Assembly (NCBI GenBank): GCA_049281195.1
Contig: JBAPRR010000455.1
Coordinates: 1 to 63,232, forward strand
Reading direction: 5' to 3'
Source: Acidimicrobiales bacterium
GTDB lineage: Bacteria > Actinomycetota > Acidimicrobiia > Acidimicrobiales > CAVXTF01
Length of the DNA: 63,232 bases
The position numbers and the translations under genes are program-made. The stretch's first letter is position 1. Each line of letters begins with the position of its first letter. The notes below the pieces were generated by a model, which was given only the letters and a program-made list of their open reading frames with translations, did not search any database and was not told the origin of the DNA. Below are positions 8,845-18,526 of the stretch, in pieces.

Positions 8845-9840
8845 GTGAACAGTGTACCCAAAAGCACCAGACCTGCCGGGCCCGACGTCATCGTGGTTGA
8901 CAAGCTGGTCAAGCGGTTCGGCACCACGACAGCGCTCGACGGGATCGACCTGCGTGTTCCCTCAGGAATCGTCTACGGGTTGCTCGGTCCGAACGGATGC
9001 GGGAAGACCACGACGGTGCGAATCCTCGCCACCCTCTCCTCCGTCGATGGCGGACGAGCAGAGGTGTGTGGGTTTGACGTCACCCGCGACCCTGACGAGG
9101 TCCGCAGCCGGATCGGCTTGGTCGGACAGCAGGCGGCCCTCGACGAGAGGCTTCCCGCTCGCCTCAACCTGATCATGTTCGGCCGGCTGTACCACCTCGG
9201 TGAACGTGGTGCGAAGAAGCGCGCAGACGAATTGATCGAGCGCTTCGGTCTCGGCTCAGCGGCGAACCGACTCGTCTCCACGTACTCAGGTGGAATGCGT
9301 CGTCGTCTCGACCTCGCAGCGAGCCTGATCATCTCGCCGCAGCTTCTGTTTCTCGACGAACCGACCACCGGGCTCGACCCACGCGGTCGGAGCGAGGTCT
9401 GGGCGGCGATCAAGGAGTTGACCGACGGTGGCACCACTGTCCTTCTGACGACTCAATACCTCGACGAGGCTGATCAGCTCGCGCAAAGAGTCGCTGTGAT
9501 CGATCAGGGACGCGTCCTCGCCGAAGGAACACCGAGTGACTTGAAGCGAAGTGTCGGCACCGACCGCTTGGAGATAGTGGTCACGGACCCCGCCGCCGTA
9601 GACATGGTGGTACAGCACCTTCGCGCCGCGAATCTGTCGCCCGACGCCGATTGGGAAAACGGCGTTGTGAGCGTGCCGATCATCGACGGACTATCCGACC
9701 TGTCGTCGGCGATCGCGGGCCTGAAGGACAGTGGGGTGCCGATCGGAGACATTTCTCTTCGCCGCTCGAGCCTCGACGACGTGTTTCTCAGCCTGACCGG
9801 ACATGCCACCGAAGACACTGAAGAAAGGGTTGCATCATGA
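8845..9840 (+). CDS. ABC transporter ATP-binding protein (DrrA type), paralogue of 278-1231
   Basis: GTG start. Walker A GPNGCGKTT, signature YSGGMRRRL, Walker B LLFLDEPTTGLD. Confidence 0.95.
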   Translation: MNSVPKSTRPAGPDVIVVDKLVKRFGTTTALDGIDLRVPSGIVYGLLGPNGCGKTTTVRILATLSSVDGGRAEVCGFDVTRDPDEVRSRIGLVGQQAALDERLPARLNLIMFGRLYHLGERGAKKRADELIERFGLGSAANRLVSTYSGGMRRRLDLAASLIISPQLLFLDEPTTGLDPRGRSEVWAAIKELTDGGTTVLLTTQYLDEADQLAQRVAVIDQGRVLAEGTPSDLKRSVGTDRLEIVVTDPAAVDMVVQHLRAANLSPDADWENGVVSVPIIDGLSDLSSAIAGLKDSGVPIGDISLRRSSLDDVFLSLTGHATEDTEERVAS

Positions 9841-10673
9841 CGGCCGTCATTCCTCTACCGAACCGACCGACACAGTCTCGGCGTCTTCGCTCCGCGCTCA
9901 TGGACGGTTGGACGATCGTACGCAGAGACATTGCGCACCTGCGCTACACCCCTTCCGAACTCGCCGCGGAGCTCATCTTTGCCGCTGTTATGGTCGTTTT
10001 GTTCGGATTCGTCTTCGGGAGCGCGATCAAAATCCCCGGAGGCGCCAACTACAGGGCATACCTGATGCCGGGACTATTCGCTTTCAGCCAGGTGACCGCG
10101 ATCGGCGTCATCGCTCTGGCAACAGCGGACGACGCGGCGACAGGGGTCATGGACAGGTTCCGCTCGATGCCCATCGCGCGTTCGGCGGTGCCCTTCGGAA
10201 GGACGGGAGCCAGCCTTGCGACAGGCATCCTCAACCTGACAGTGCTATCGATCGCTGGCTTGATAGTGGGTTGGAGGGCGAACCGCGGCCTGCTTGATGC
10301 TGCGGCCGCTTTCGGCTTGTTGCTGCTGACCCGCTACGCGCTCAGCTGGTTGGGCGCCTACCTGGGCCTCCTCGTCAAAAACCCCACCACCGCTGACAAT
10401 CTCGTTCCACTCAGCTTCCCGATTGCCATGCTCTCCAACACGTTCGTGCCCACCGGGGACCTGCCTTTGTGGCTGCGTTACATCGCCGAGTGGAACCCGG
10501 TTAGCTGCCTGGTCGGTGCATGCAGGGAGCTTTTCGGAAACCCTGGAGCGGCATCGCAGCACACGTCGTGGGCGCTGGAGCATCCGGTGGTGGCCACCTT
10601 GGTGTGGGCGATCTTGCTCATCTGCGTGTTCGCGCCCCTTGCCACGCGGCGGTACAGCAAAGCGCATCTCTGA
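9837..10673 (+). CDS. ABC-2 type transporter permease
   Basis: ATGA overlap with the ATPase. Multiple hydrophobic segments. Paralogous in layout to 1228-2010. Confidence 0.9.
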   Translation: MTAVIPLPNRPTQSRRLRSALMDGWTIVRRDIAHLRYTPSELAAELIFAAVMVVLFGFVFGSAIKIPGGANYRAYLMPGLFAFSQVTAIGVIALATADDAATGVMDRFRSMPIARSAVPFGRTGASLATGILNLTVLSIAGLIVGWRANRGLLDAAAAFGLLLLTRYALSWLGAYLGLLVKNPTTADNLVPLSFPIAMLSNTFVPTGDLPLWLRYIAEWNPVSCLVGACRELFGNPGAASQHTSWALEHPVVATLVWAILLICVFAPLATRRYSKAHL

Positions 10674-10688
10674 TTATCAGTAAGCTGA

Positions 10689-12242
10689 TCATCTAGCCAG
10701 ATCGAGCGTTGCGGTTTGGTGTTTCGATGTAGTCGGTTGCGGCGCCGACTTCCGCGTGGCGGGAAGAACGAGGTAAGCGGCAACTGCAGCCGCCAGTACC
10801 AAGATCGCCCCCACGACCATGGCCAGGTCGAGCCCACCGGAATAAGCGTGGCGAGCCGCCAGTCCTATCGCGCTGTCCGGCCCTCCCCCGACCCCCAACG
10901 CCTCTGACAGGCCGGCCTTTGCCTGAACGGCCCGCGCCGGTTGAGCCGCGATGACCGCACCGATCCCCGAGCGATAGTGAGAAAGGGTGACACTTCCGAG
11001 CACTCCGATTCCGAACGCACCGCCGAGCTCGCGGACAAGATCGTTGACCGCCGATCCCACGCCTGCCTTGTGGGGTGGCAGCGATGACATGATCGCTCCG
11101 GAGGCGGGCGGCATCGTAAGGCCGATGCCCATCCCGACCAATGCGAGACCCACCTCGAATACCCAAGTCGGCGATGTAACGCCGCTCGAGGTGAGGATAA
11201 ATAGTCCGCAGGCAGACGAAACCAGCCCGCATACGAGGACAGGGCGAAATCCATGGCGAGCCACGAACGGCCTGGAAAGGTTGGCCACCAACAGTTGCGC
11301 GAGACCGGCTGGGAGCGCATAAAGGCCGGCTACAAGCGGTGAGTAACCGCGAACTAGTTGGAAGTACTGGGTGAAGAGGAAGTACATCCCGAAGAGAGCG
11401 AAATAGGCCATCGCGATCGAAAGGCTTCCAGCTGAAAAACGGCGCTCCGAAAAGAAACTCAGATCAAGCATCGGATTGTCGCTTCGTCTTTCCCAATAGA
11501 TGAATCCGGCCAATCCCACCAAACCGATCACGAAGGACAACAGGATCGGTGCCGACAGCCACCCGTCGTCTGGGGCCTGGATGAACCCATAGAGCAATCC
11601 GCTCACCGCGATCACTGAGAGAACGGCACCGACAGGATCAAGCCGTGCTTCTTCGGGATGACGCGAAGTCGGCAGCACGAGCCATCCAGCAACCAGTGCA
11701 AAAGCAGCGACAAACGCCATGCCGAGAAAGATCGACCCCCACCAGAAATGCTCGAGCATCGCTCCCGACAACGTGATCGAGATTGCAACGGATCCTCCCG
11801 CGACCGAAGCCCACACTGCGATGGCCTTTGGACGTTCAGATGGCGGGAACACGGTTGCCAGGATCGAGAGCGTCCCGGGCATGACCAGAGCCGCCCCGAC
11901 CCCCATGACCGCACGAGCAAGCATCAATTCCCAGGCGGTTGTGGAGAACGCGCCGAGGGCTGATGCGACCATGAACACGAGCAAGCCGAATTGAAGTAAA
12001 CCTTTTCGGCCGAACCGGTCCCCCATGGCTCCGGCAGGCAGCAGTAGCCCGGCGAAGCACAGCACATAGAGATCGACGATCCAGGCGAGCGATGAGACCC
12101 CGGCATGCAGTTCCCGACCCAGAGTGGGAAGCGCGACGTTCAGAGCCATGTTGCAGACGACAAGCAGGAAAATGGACAGGCACAGAACCGCGAGTACCAG
12201 CCAGCGCCGTTTGTAGGAGGCCTCGATTGTAGGAGTAAGCAC
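10689..12242 (-). CDS. MFS transporter, DHA2 (EmrB/QacA-like, 14-TMS type)
   Basis: Motifs GAMGDRFGRKG (MFS motif A) and LARAVMGVGAALVMP. I place the start at GTG 12242 (VLTPTIEASYKRRW...), because the longer track ORF overlaps the divergent LysR gene. Confidence 0.88.
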   Translation of the reverse strand: MLTPTIEASYKRRWLVLAVLCLSIFLLVVCNMALNVALPTLGRELHAGVSSLAWIVDLYVLCFAGLLLPAGAMGDRFGRKGLLQFGLLVFMVASALGAFSTTAWELMLARAVMGVGAALVMPGTLSILATVFPPSERPKAIAVWASVAGGSVAISITLSGAMLEHFWWGSIFLGMAFVAAFALVAGWLVLPTSRHPEEARLDPVGAVLSVIAVSGLLYGFIQAPDDGWLSAPILLSFVIGLVGLAGFIYWERRSDNPMLDLSFFSERRFSAGSLSIAMAYFALFGMYFLFTQYFQLVRGYSPLVAGLYALPAGLAQLLVANLSRPFVARHGFRPVLVCGLVSSACGLFILTSSGVTSPTWVFEVGLALVGMGIGLTMPPASGAIMSSLPPHKAGVGSAVNDLVRELGGAFGIGVLGSVTLSHYRSGIGAVIAAQPARAVQAKAGLSEALGVGGGPDSAIGLAARHAYSGGLDLAMVVGAILVLAAAVAAYLVLPATRKSAPQPTTSKHQTATLDLAR

Positions 12243-12296
12243 AATCCCATTGTCGGGACCAGATGGGTTGCCGTCTAGTGACTTATTCGCAATAGA

Positions 12297-13217
12297 TTGT
12301 TGCGTATGACGCAAGATATCGACTGGAACCTGCTGAGCGCGCTGGACGTCCTTCTGGCTGAAGGCAGTGTCACCGCTGCCTCTGAACGCCTCCATCTGTC
12401 GGTTCCGGCAACGAGCCGCACGCTCGGACGGATCCGCCGGGCGTTCGGCGATCCCATCCTGGTTCGCTCAGGACGGGGGCTCGTTCCGACACCCAGGGCG
12501 CTCGCGGTTCAAGAACAACTCCACCGACTGATTGAAGATGCACACGCGCTCGTCGAGAGCGGTCGCGATCTCCACCTGTCTTCCCTCGAAAGGACTTTCG
12601 CGATCCGAGCCAACGACGCACTGATCAGCGCGCTTCCGGCACGTCTTATCGACCGGGTTCAAACACAAGCGCCGGGAGTTGCGTTTCGCTTCGTCGCAGA
12701 AGGTGAAGAGGACGTGGGTCCCTTACGCGACGGCTCGATCGATCTCGACCTCGGGCAGATTGCGGACTTCGGTCCTGACGTAAGGGTCAGCCCCCTTTAC
12801 CAGGAGACATATCTGGGGGTCGTGGCAGCAGATAACAAGCTCGCCAAAGGTCGCGTCACCCTCAAACGCTTGGCTTCCGTCGGGCACGTTGCCGTTTCGC
12901 GAAGGGGACGAAGAACGGGAGCGCTCGACGACGTACTTGCCGAACACGGGCTGGCCCGCACGGTCGTAACCGTGGTTCCGACATTCACGGCCGCGGCTCA
13001 CATCATCGCAAGCTCGGAACTGACCGGGATGCTCCCCGCCCGCTACGCACTGCAGATCGCGGGTTTGACCGGCATGCACCCCTACCCCATTCCCGCAGAG
13101 CTTCCGTCGCTGCAGATTTCCCAGGCATGGCACGTTCGCCAAGACCTCGATCCCGCGCACCAATGGTTGCGCGGTCAGATCGCTGAGGTTCTGGCCGATC
13201 CGCAGAAAACCGCCTGA
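12297..13217 (+). CDS. LysR-family transcriptional regulator
   Basis: N-terminal HTH LLSALDVLLAEGSVTAASERLHLSVPATSRTLGRIRRAFGDPILVR plus a LysR substrate-binding domain. Divergent from the MFS pump. An alternative start is ATG 12306. Confidence 0.9.
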   Translation: MLRMTQDIDWNLLSALDVLLAEGSVTAASERLHLSVPATSRTLGRIRRAFGDPILVRSGRGLVPTPRALAVQEQLHRLIEDAHALVESGRDLHLSSLERTFAIRANDALISALPARLIDRVQTQAPGVAFRFVAEGEEDVGPLRDGSIDLDLGQIADFGPDVRVSPLYQETYLGVVAADNKLAKGRVTLKRLASVGHVAVSRRGRRTGALDDVLAEHGLARTVVTVVPTFTAAAHIIASSELTGMLPARYALQIAGLTGMHPYPIPAELPSLQISQAWHVRQDLDPAHQWLRGQIAEVLADPQKTA

Positions 13218-13234
13218 GGTCAGCTCTCCTGGGG

Positions 13235-13723
13235 ATGATTTTCAAAGGCTACGCACGTCTTGACAGCAAGAGAGCTAAACCGGAGGTCGAAGTGCCCAAC
13301 GACAAGTCAATCGAACAGGTTCTCGATGGATACAGAGACGCCGTCGGAGCCAAGGACGTCGGGGCGTTTACAAACCTGTACGACGAAGATGTCGTGGTCT
13401 TCGACATGTGGGGCCCTTGGTCCTACGACGGTCTCGGGTCATGGAGAAACTCGGTCACAGAGTGGTTCGGTTCGCTAGGCGACGAGACCGTCGCTGTCGG
13501 CTTTTCCGAAACCGTCGTTCTCGATGCAGATCAGACTGCCGCCGTCCACACGCAGGTGTCCTATATGGGTATGTCCTTGGCCGGAGAAGAACTCCGGTCG
13601 ATGACCAACCGGCTCACCTGGGTCCTGAAGCGACAGGACGACTCGGGGTGGAAAATCATCCACGAGCACTCGTCGGCACCGCTCGACTTCGAAACGGGCA
13701 AGGTGGTCCTGAACCACCAGTGA
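13235..13723 (+). CDS. NTF2-like (SnoaL/DUF4440-type) protein
   Basis: 162 aa. The pattern FTNLYDEDVVVFDMWGP...RLTWVLKRQDDSGWKIIHEHSS is typical of the NTF2-like fold. Exact start is uncertain. Confidence 0.65.
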   Translation: MIFKGYARLDSKRAKPEVEVPNDKSIEQVLDGYRDAVGAKDVGAFTNLYDEDVVVFDMWGPWSYDGLGSWRNSVTEWFGSLGDETVAVGFSETVVLDADQTAAVHTQVSYMGMSLAGEELRSMTNRLTWVLKRQDDSGWKIIHEHSSAPLDFETGKVVLNHQ

Positions 13724-13729
13724 ATTCGC

Positions 13730-14752
13730 CTAACTCTGGCGAACCCCGTGCAGGTCGAAGATCTCGTCGAGCGCATTGACGATCTCGTCGACCACCTCGC
13801 GCCTCACGGTCAACTGCCGCTTTCTACCTTCGTTACTGCTCGTCACGACGCCTGCATCACGTAGCTGCTTGACGTGGTTGCTGACTGTCGGTTGTGCCAG
13901 ACCGAAAAGGTTGGTTACGTCGGTGATGCTCATATCGCGTTGAGTCAACGCGTCGAGGATGGCCAAGCGGGTCGGATCGGCGATGGCCTTCAGCCGACGC
14001 GCCAGATCCTCGGTGCGGGCACGAGACGCCACTCCCATCGGTTTCGCCTGCGTCCCGATGATCAATATCCCCGGCAGGTCCGCGACCAACCCCTTGGCGG
14101 TGAAGAACGCCGGGACCAAAACGATCTCGCCTTCGTCTCCCAACCCCTCGATCAACTGGGTCATCTCATTTCGGCCGATGTTTGTGCAGTTGACCTGTTC
14201 GAGGTACTTGAGGGTCAACTCTGTGGGATCGGAGCCGGACTTCAGATACGCCGCGCATTCGCCAAGGGCCGCCTCTACAGCTTTACGTCCATCTGTCTCC
14301 CAAAGTCCTCGCACCCCGGTCCACACCTCCGCAACGACTTCGACATAGTGACGACGGACACTCTGATCGGTGCGGAGAAGATGAAGGCGTCGCAAAAGTC
14401 GCTCCCTGTCATCAGGCGTTTCAGCGACGAACGGAAGGTCTTCGGGCGCGTTCACACAGAGGTCTTCGAGACGCGACACGAATGCGTCGGTGTCGAGTCC
14501 GAACAGAACACCACCGCCATAGGCCAGGGCGGACAGTTCCAAAAAACAGGGATAGCTCAGCGTCTCCTGCGGGCTCCACAGATGCCGGACCCGCTCCGCG
14601 ATCTCGGGGTGCTGCTCGTAGAAGTCGCACAAGGCGGGTTGCGAATCCCGGGCGACTCGAAGAGACCCGGAGAGCGCCCAATCGATCTCCACCGAGGGAG
14701 AAGCCTTAGCCGTCATCATGATCCCGTTGAGGTCTTCCGCATACATTCGCAT
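13730..14752 (-). CDS. ArsR-family transcriptional regulator with a long N-terminal (DUF5937-like) domain
   Basis: C-terminal LKAIADPTRLAILDALTQRDMSITDVTNLFGLAQPTVSNHVKQLRDAGVV is a canonical ArsR wHTH. Confidence 0.8.
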   Translation of the reverse strand: MRMYAEDLNGIMMTAKASPSVEIDWALSGSLRVARDSQPALCDFYEQHPEIAERVRHLWSPQETLSYPCFLELSALAYGGGVLFGLDTDAFVSRLEDLCVNAPEDLPFVAETPDDRERLLRRLHLLRTDQSVRRHYVEVVAEVWTGVRGLWETDGRKAVEAALGECAAYLKSGSDPTELTLKYLEQVNCTNIGRNEMTQLIEGLGDEGEIVLVPAFFTAKGLVADLPGILIIGTQAKPMGVASRARTEDLARRLKAIADPTRLAILDALTQRDMSITDVTNLFGLAQPTVSNHVKQLRDAGVVTSSNEGRKRQLTVRREVVDEIVNALDEIFDLHGVRQS

Positions 14753-14802
14753 AGTTATCTGACTATATCACAATATTCATGTATTCGTGCTATCATGTCT
14801 GC

Positions 14803-15027
14803 ATGCACCCGTGGCTGACGAAACAACTCATGGACACCCGGGTAGCGGAACGTCACCGGAATGCCGAGCGAGCCAGCCTCGGCCGGGCGGAGCCGCTTCC
14901 CGCGGCTCATTCACAAGCAAGCCCCGCAGCCTCATCGCGGCTCAGGCGCGGTCTCGGACGCGTTCTCGTGCGCATCGGCAGCCGTGCCGGGGGCTTCGAG
15001 TCCCCGCAAACCGCTCACATCCTGTAG
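14803..15027 (+). CDS. Small hypothetical protein (74 aa), possibly translated from a leaderless mRNA
   Basis: ATG 14803 lies 6 nt after a TATCAT -10-like hexamer (14791-14796). The product MHPWLTKQLMDTRVAERHRNAERA...GLGRVLVRIGSRAGG resembles small actinobacterial ORFs that have a helical basic N-terminus. Support is weak. Confidence 0.3.
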   Translation: MHPWLTKQLMDTRVAERHRNAERASLGRAEPLPAAHSQASPAASSRLRRGLGRVLVRIGSRAGGFESPQTAHIL

Positions 15028-15147
15028 GCAGAACGAACCTCACGATTCCCGAGCCCCGATGGGCTCCAAGGCTTACCGTCAGCGTGGGAACCGACTGAGG
15101 TCTCTGAATTTCCTTCGAAGCTGTCGCGTATCGGCGGCGGCCGATGG

Positions 15148-15648
15148 TTGAAGACAGCGGGGGCATCTCTACGGGTGCATGCTGGGAGCGTCTTGGCGGA
15201 AGACATGGAAGCCGACTTCGAACGGTTCTTCACGGTCATCGAGCCGAAGCTGTGCCGCGCCCTCGTCGCTCGTTACGGACCAGACCGTGGAAGGGAAGCG
15301 ACTGCGGAAGCCCTGGCGTGGGCGTGGGAACACTGGGAGCGCGTGGCTTCGCTCGACAATCAGGTCGGCTACCTCTACCGGGTCGGCCAGAGCAAGAACC
15401 GGAAGAGGAGAAATCGACCCGTCTTCGAAGTCCCCGTAGATACGGACCCGGTCGTCGAACCCGGATTGGCGGGGGCGGTAGAAGCACTCCCTGATCGACA
15501 GAGGGTGGCCACCCTTCTCATCTACGGCGCGGGTTGGACGAATGCCGAGGTGGCAAGACTTCTGGGCGTTCAGCCGTCGACCGTGCATCGAAACGCCAGT
15601 CGGGGCTTGATCGCTCTCAGAAAGGCAATCGTCGGGGGTGAACGATGA
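15148..15648 (+). CDS. ECF-type RNA polymerase sigma-70 family factor
   Basis: Region 2 AEALAWAWEHWERVASLDNQVGYLYRVGQS. Region 4 LPDRQRVATLLIYGAGWTNAEVARLLGVQPSTVHRNASRGLIALRKAI. The start may be ATG 15205 (MEADFERFF). Confidence 0.85.
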   Translation: MKTAGASLRVHAGSVLAEDMEADFERFFTVIEPKLCRALVARYGPDRGREATAEALAWAWEHWERVASLDNQVGYLYRVGQSKNRKRRNRPVFEVPVDTDPVVEPGLAGAVEALPDRQRVATLLIYGAGWTNAEVARLLGVQPSTVHRNASRGLIALRKAIVGGER

Positions 15649-16391
15649 GCGCAAGCAATCGCGATGAGAAGATCGAGGCTCAGCTGTCGGTATTGCTCGA
15701 GTTCAATACGTCGGACGTGACCCTCGATGAGATCCGTGAGCGATCGCCGGGCGAGGTCGGCACGCGCAGTACGTCTCCAAATGAGCGCGAGAAGCGAGTG
15801 CTCGGACTCGCTCCTGCACTGGCTTGGATGCTGGCACTCATCGTTTTGGCCGGACTCGGACTTGGAATCGGTGAAAGCGTCGGTGGATCCGGATCACATG
15901 TCGCATCGCCGAAACCCCAAGTGCCGGTACAAATAAAAGCTTGCTCGCTGCTGTCCAACTCAGAAGCAAGCCAGGTGCTCGTTGAGCCCGTAATTGTTGA
16001 GACGCCGAATGACTACATCTGTCCGTACATCGGGACTAGGGGGATGACTGAAGGAACCGCTCCCCCGGGTCCTCCAGCACCGTCGGTCACGATCCAAACT
16101 CAACGAAGGGCACTGCGCCCATGTCGGCCTTCTAACGACCAATGCTCCATGCCAACCGGCTCTCAACTGATCACAATGGACGGGGTACGTGCTATCTGGT
16201 CGACCCGTGAATACGACGAAGGGCAAGGCCACGAAGAAACGATGAGCACACTGGCATTCACCTACCAGGGCCACTTCGTGGACATAGCGTTCGAATTCAG
16301 CCACCCGGACGAGCCGCCGTGGCCATCGCTATCAATGGTGGAAAAGGCCATGGGCTACGTGGTCACGAACCTGAAGCGATTGACTTCCTAG
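15645..16391 (+). CDS. Single-pass membrane protein co-transcribed with the ECF sigma (putative anti-sigma / partner)
   Basis: ATGA overlap with the sigma gene. One TM segment (LAPALAWMLALIVLAGLGLGI) follows an acidic ~55-aa N-terminus. No ZAS HxxxCxxC motif. Confidence 0.55.
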   Translation: MSASNRDEKIEAQLSVLLEFNTSDVTLDEIRERSPGEVGTRSTSPNEREKRVLGLAPALAWMLALIVLAGLGLGIGESVGGSGSHVASPKPQVPVQIKACSLLSNSEASQVLVEPVIVETPNDYICPYIGTRGMTEGTAPPGPPAPSVTIQTQRRALRPCRPSNDQCSMPTGSQLITMDGVRAIWSTREYDEGQGHEETMSTLAFTYQGHFVDIAFEFSHPDEPPWPSLSMVEKAMGYVVTNLKRLTS

Positions 16392-16552
16392 GTTCGAGGC
16401 GAACCGTGCATCTAGATATGGACCTTGCTTCTCTTACCCGTAAGGTCAAACTGATCAGGTAAGCCTTATCATCTAAGAAAAACAACACGGAAGATTGCGC
16501 GCCACTTCAAAAACGGCGACCACTTCAAACCCGCTGCAGCGCTTCGACGAGT

Positions 16553-18526
16553 TCACTCCTCTTCGGTCGCGGTGTTAAGCCGCTCGGAGATCGCGTTCAC
16601 GACTGTCGGATCCATCAGCGTCGTGACATCACCCAAAGGACGGTTTTCGGCCACGTCGCGCAACAGCCTGCGCATGATCTTTCCGCTGCGGGTCTTCGGA
16701 AGCTCAGGCGTGAGGATGATCTGACGTGGCTTTGCGATCGGACCGATCGTCGTAGCGACCAGGTCGCGCAGATCCGCCACGACCTTTTCGGTGTCTGCGT
16801 CGCTACGGACCAGCTCGCCCTTCAATGTGACGAAGGCCACGATGGCCTGTCCCGTGGTGTCATCTGAAGCTCCGACCACTGCGGCCTCTGCTACGAGGGG
16901 CGACCCGACCAGCGCGTGCTCCACCTCCGTGGTCGAAATTCGGTGCCCCGAGATGTTCATCACGTCGTCAACGCGTCCCAGCAACCACAGGTCGCCGTCG
17001 TCATCTTTCTTCGCACCGTCGCCCGCGAAGTAGCGACCAGGAAAGCGCGACCAGTAGGTCTCCTTGTACCGCTCCGGATCTCCCCAGATTCCGCGCAGCA
17101 TGCCCGGCCAGGGATCGGTCAGGACGAGGTACCCGCCTTCACCGTTCCCGACAGGATTCCCGGCGTTGTCCACGACGTCGGCCGAGATTCCGGGAAAGGG
17201 TGTCATCGCCGCACCCGGCTTCGTTGCAGTGATGCCCGGCAGCGGGGTGATCATGATCCCGCCCGTCTCGGTCTGCCACCAGGTGTCTACGACCGGGCAC
17301 CGATCCCCGCCGATGTAGGTCCGGTACCAGATCCAGGCTTCCGGGTTGATCGGTTCACCTACGGATCCGAGAAGGCGCAGGCTCGTCAGATCGTGCGAGC
17401 GAGGAAGGTCGTCGCCCCACTTCATGAACGTACGGATCGTGGTGGGAGCGGTGTAGAGGATATTGACCTTGTACTTCTCGATGATCTTCCACCACCGGTC
17501 GCGTCCTCCGGCGTCGGGAGTTCCCTCGTACATCACCGAAGTGGTGGCGTTGGCGAGCGGCCCGTAGACGATGTAGCTGTGCCCGGTCACCCATCCGATG
17601 TCCGCTGCCGTCCAGTAGATGTCTTTCTCCGGCTTTATGTCGAAGACGTACCGATGAGTGGCGGTCACGTGCGTCAGGTAACCGCCCGAGGTGTGGAAGA
17701 TCCCCTTGGGCTTGGCCGTGGTCCCACTGGTGTACATGATGTAGAGCGGGTGCTCGGAGTCGAAGGCTTCCGGCTCATGCGAGTCGGACTGGGGATCGAC
17801 GACGTCGTGCCACCAGTGGTCCCGGCCATCGACCCAATCAACTTGTTGCTCGGTTCTTCTGACCACCACAACGTTGGTGACGTCAGGACAACCGGTGAGC
17901 GCTTCGTCTACGGCGGGCTTGAGAGCTGATGCGGTTCCACGCCGGTATCCCCCGTCCGCGGTGATGACCGTATGAGCGTCGCAGTCGAGAATCCGGTCAC
18001 GCAGTGCCTCGGCCGAAAACCCACCGAACACCACGGTGTGAGGAGCGCCCAGGCGCGCGCACGCCAACATCGCCACCACTGTCTCGGGGATCATCGGCAT
18101 GTAGATGGCGACCTTGTCGCCGGCCTTCACGCCGAGCGAGGTAAGGGCGTTCGCAGCCTTCGAGACCATCCCCAACAGATCCGCATACGTGATCGTCCTG
18201 GCGTCTCCCGGCTCCCCCTCCCAGTGGAACGCCACCCGATCGCCCAGTCCGGCGGCAACGTGCCGGTCAACACAGTTGACCGACACGTTGAGCTTTCCGC
18301 CGATGAACCACTTGGCGAACGGTGCATTCGACCAGTCCAGTACCTCGGTCCAGGGCGTCTCCCATTGCAGGCGTTGGGCCTGGTTTTCCCAGAATGCGAG
18401 ACGGTCCCCGGCCGCCTCCTCGTAGATCCCGGGCTGGGCGTTGGCATCCCGAGCAAGGTCGGGTGGAGGTTCGAACCGGCGCTCTTCGTGCAGGAGCGCC
18501 GAAAGGGTGTCATCAGACATGTTCAA
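16553..18526 (-). CDS. acs: Acetyl-CoA synthetase (AMP-forming)
   Basis: 657 aa. AMP-binding signature YTSGTTAKPKG and C-terminal catalytic-Lys motif RSGKIMRRLLRD. N-terminus (ERRFEPPPDLARDANA...AFWENQAQRLQW) is typical of Acs. Confidence 0.97.
   Translation of the reverse strand: MNMSDDTLSALLHEERRFEPPPDLARDANAQPGIYEEAAGDRLAFWENQAQRLQWETPWTEVLDWSNAPFAKWFIGGKLNVSVNCVDRHVAAGLGDRVAFHWEGEPGDARTITYADLLGMVSKAANALTSLGVKAGDKVAIYMPMIPETVVAMLACARLGAPHTVVFGGFSAEALRDRILDCDAHTVITADGGYRRGTASALKPAVDEALTGCPDVTNVVVVRRTEQQVDWVDGRDHWWHDVVDPQSDSHEPEAFDSEHPLYIMYTSGTTAKPKGIFHTSGGYLTHVTATHRYVFDIKPEKDIYWTAADIGWVTGHSYIVYGPLANATTSVMYEGTPDAGGRDRWWKIIEKYKVNILYTAPTTIRTFMKWGDDLPRSHDLTSLRLLGSVGEPINPEAWIWYRTYIGGDRCPVVDTWWQTETGGIMITPLPGITATKPGAAMTPFPGISADVVDNAGNPVGNGEGGYLVLTDPWPGMLRGIWGDPERYKETYWSRFPGRYFAGDGAKKDDDGDLWLLGRVDDVMNISGHRISTTEVEHALVGSPLVAEAAVVGASDDTTGQAIVAFVTLKGELVRSDADTEKVVADLRDLVATTIGPIAKPRQIILTPELPKTRSGKIMRRLLRDVAENRPLGDVTTLMDPTVVNAISERLNTATEEE

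Noticed and set aside
16391-16405. GGTTCG-AGG-CGAACC, which resembles a tRNA T-arm
   Set aside because: There is no acceptor, D or anticodon arm context around it. It is a simple 6-bp hairpin just after a stop codon, at best a weak terminator.
16502-16529. Direct repeat CCACTTCAAA x2 (16502-16511 and 16520-16529) downstream of acs
   Set aside because: It is only two short copies in an AT-richer convergent intergenic region. There is no array structure and no associated gene, so it is probably chance or part of terminators.
16916-17929. 337-aa plus-strand ORF inside the acs locus
   Set aside because: It is antisense to a full-length, motif-complete acetyl-CoA synthetase. Shadow ORF.
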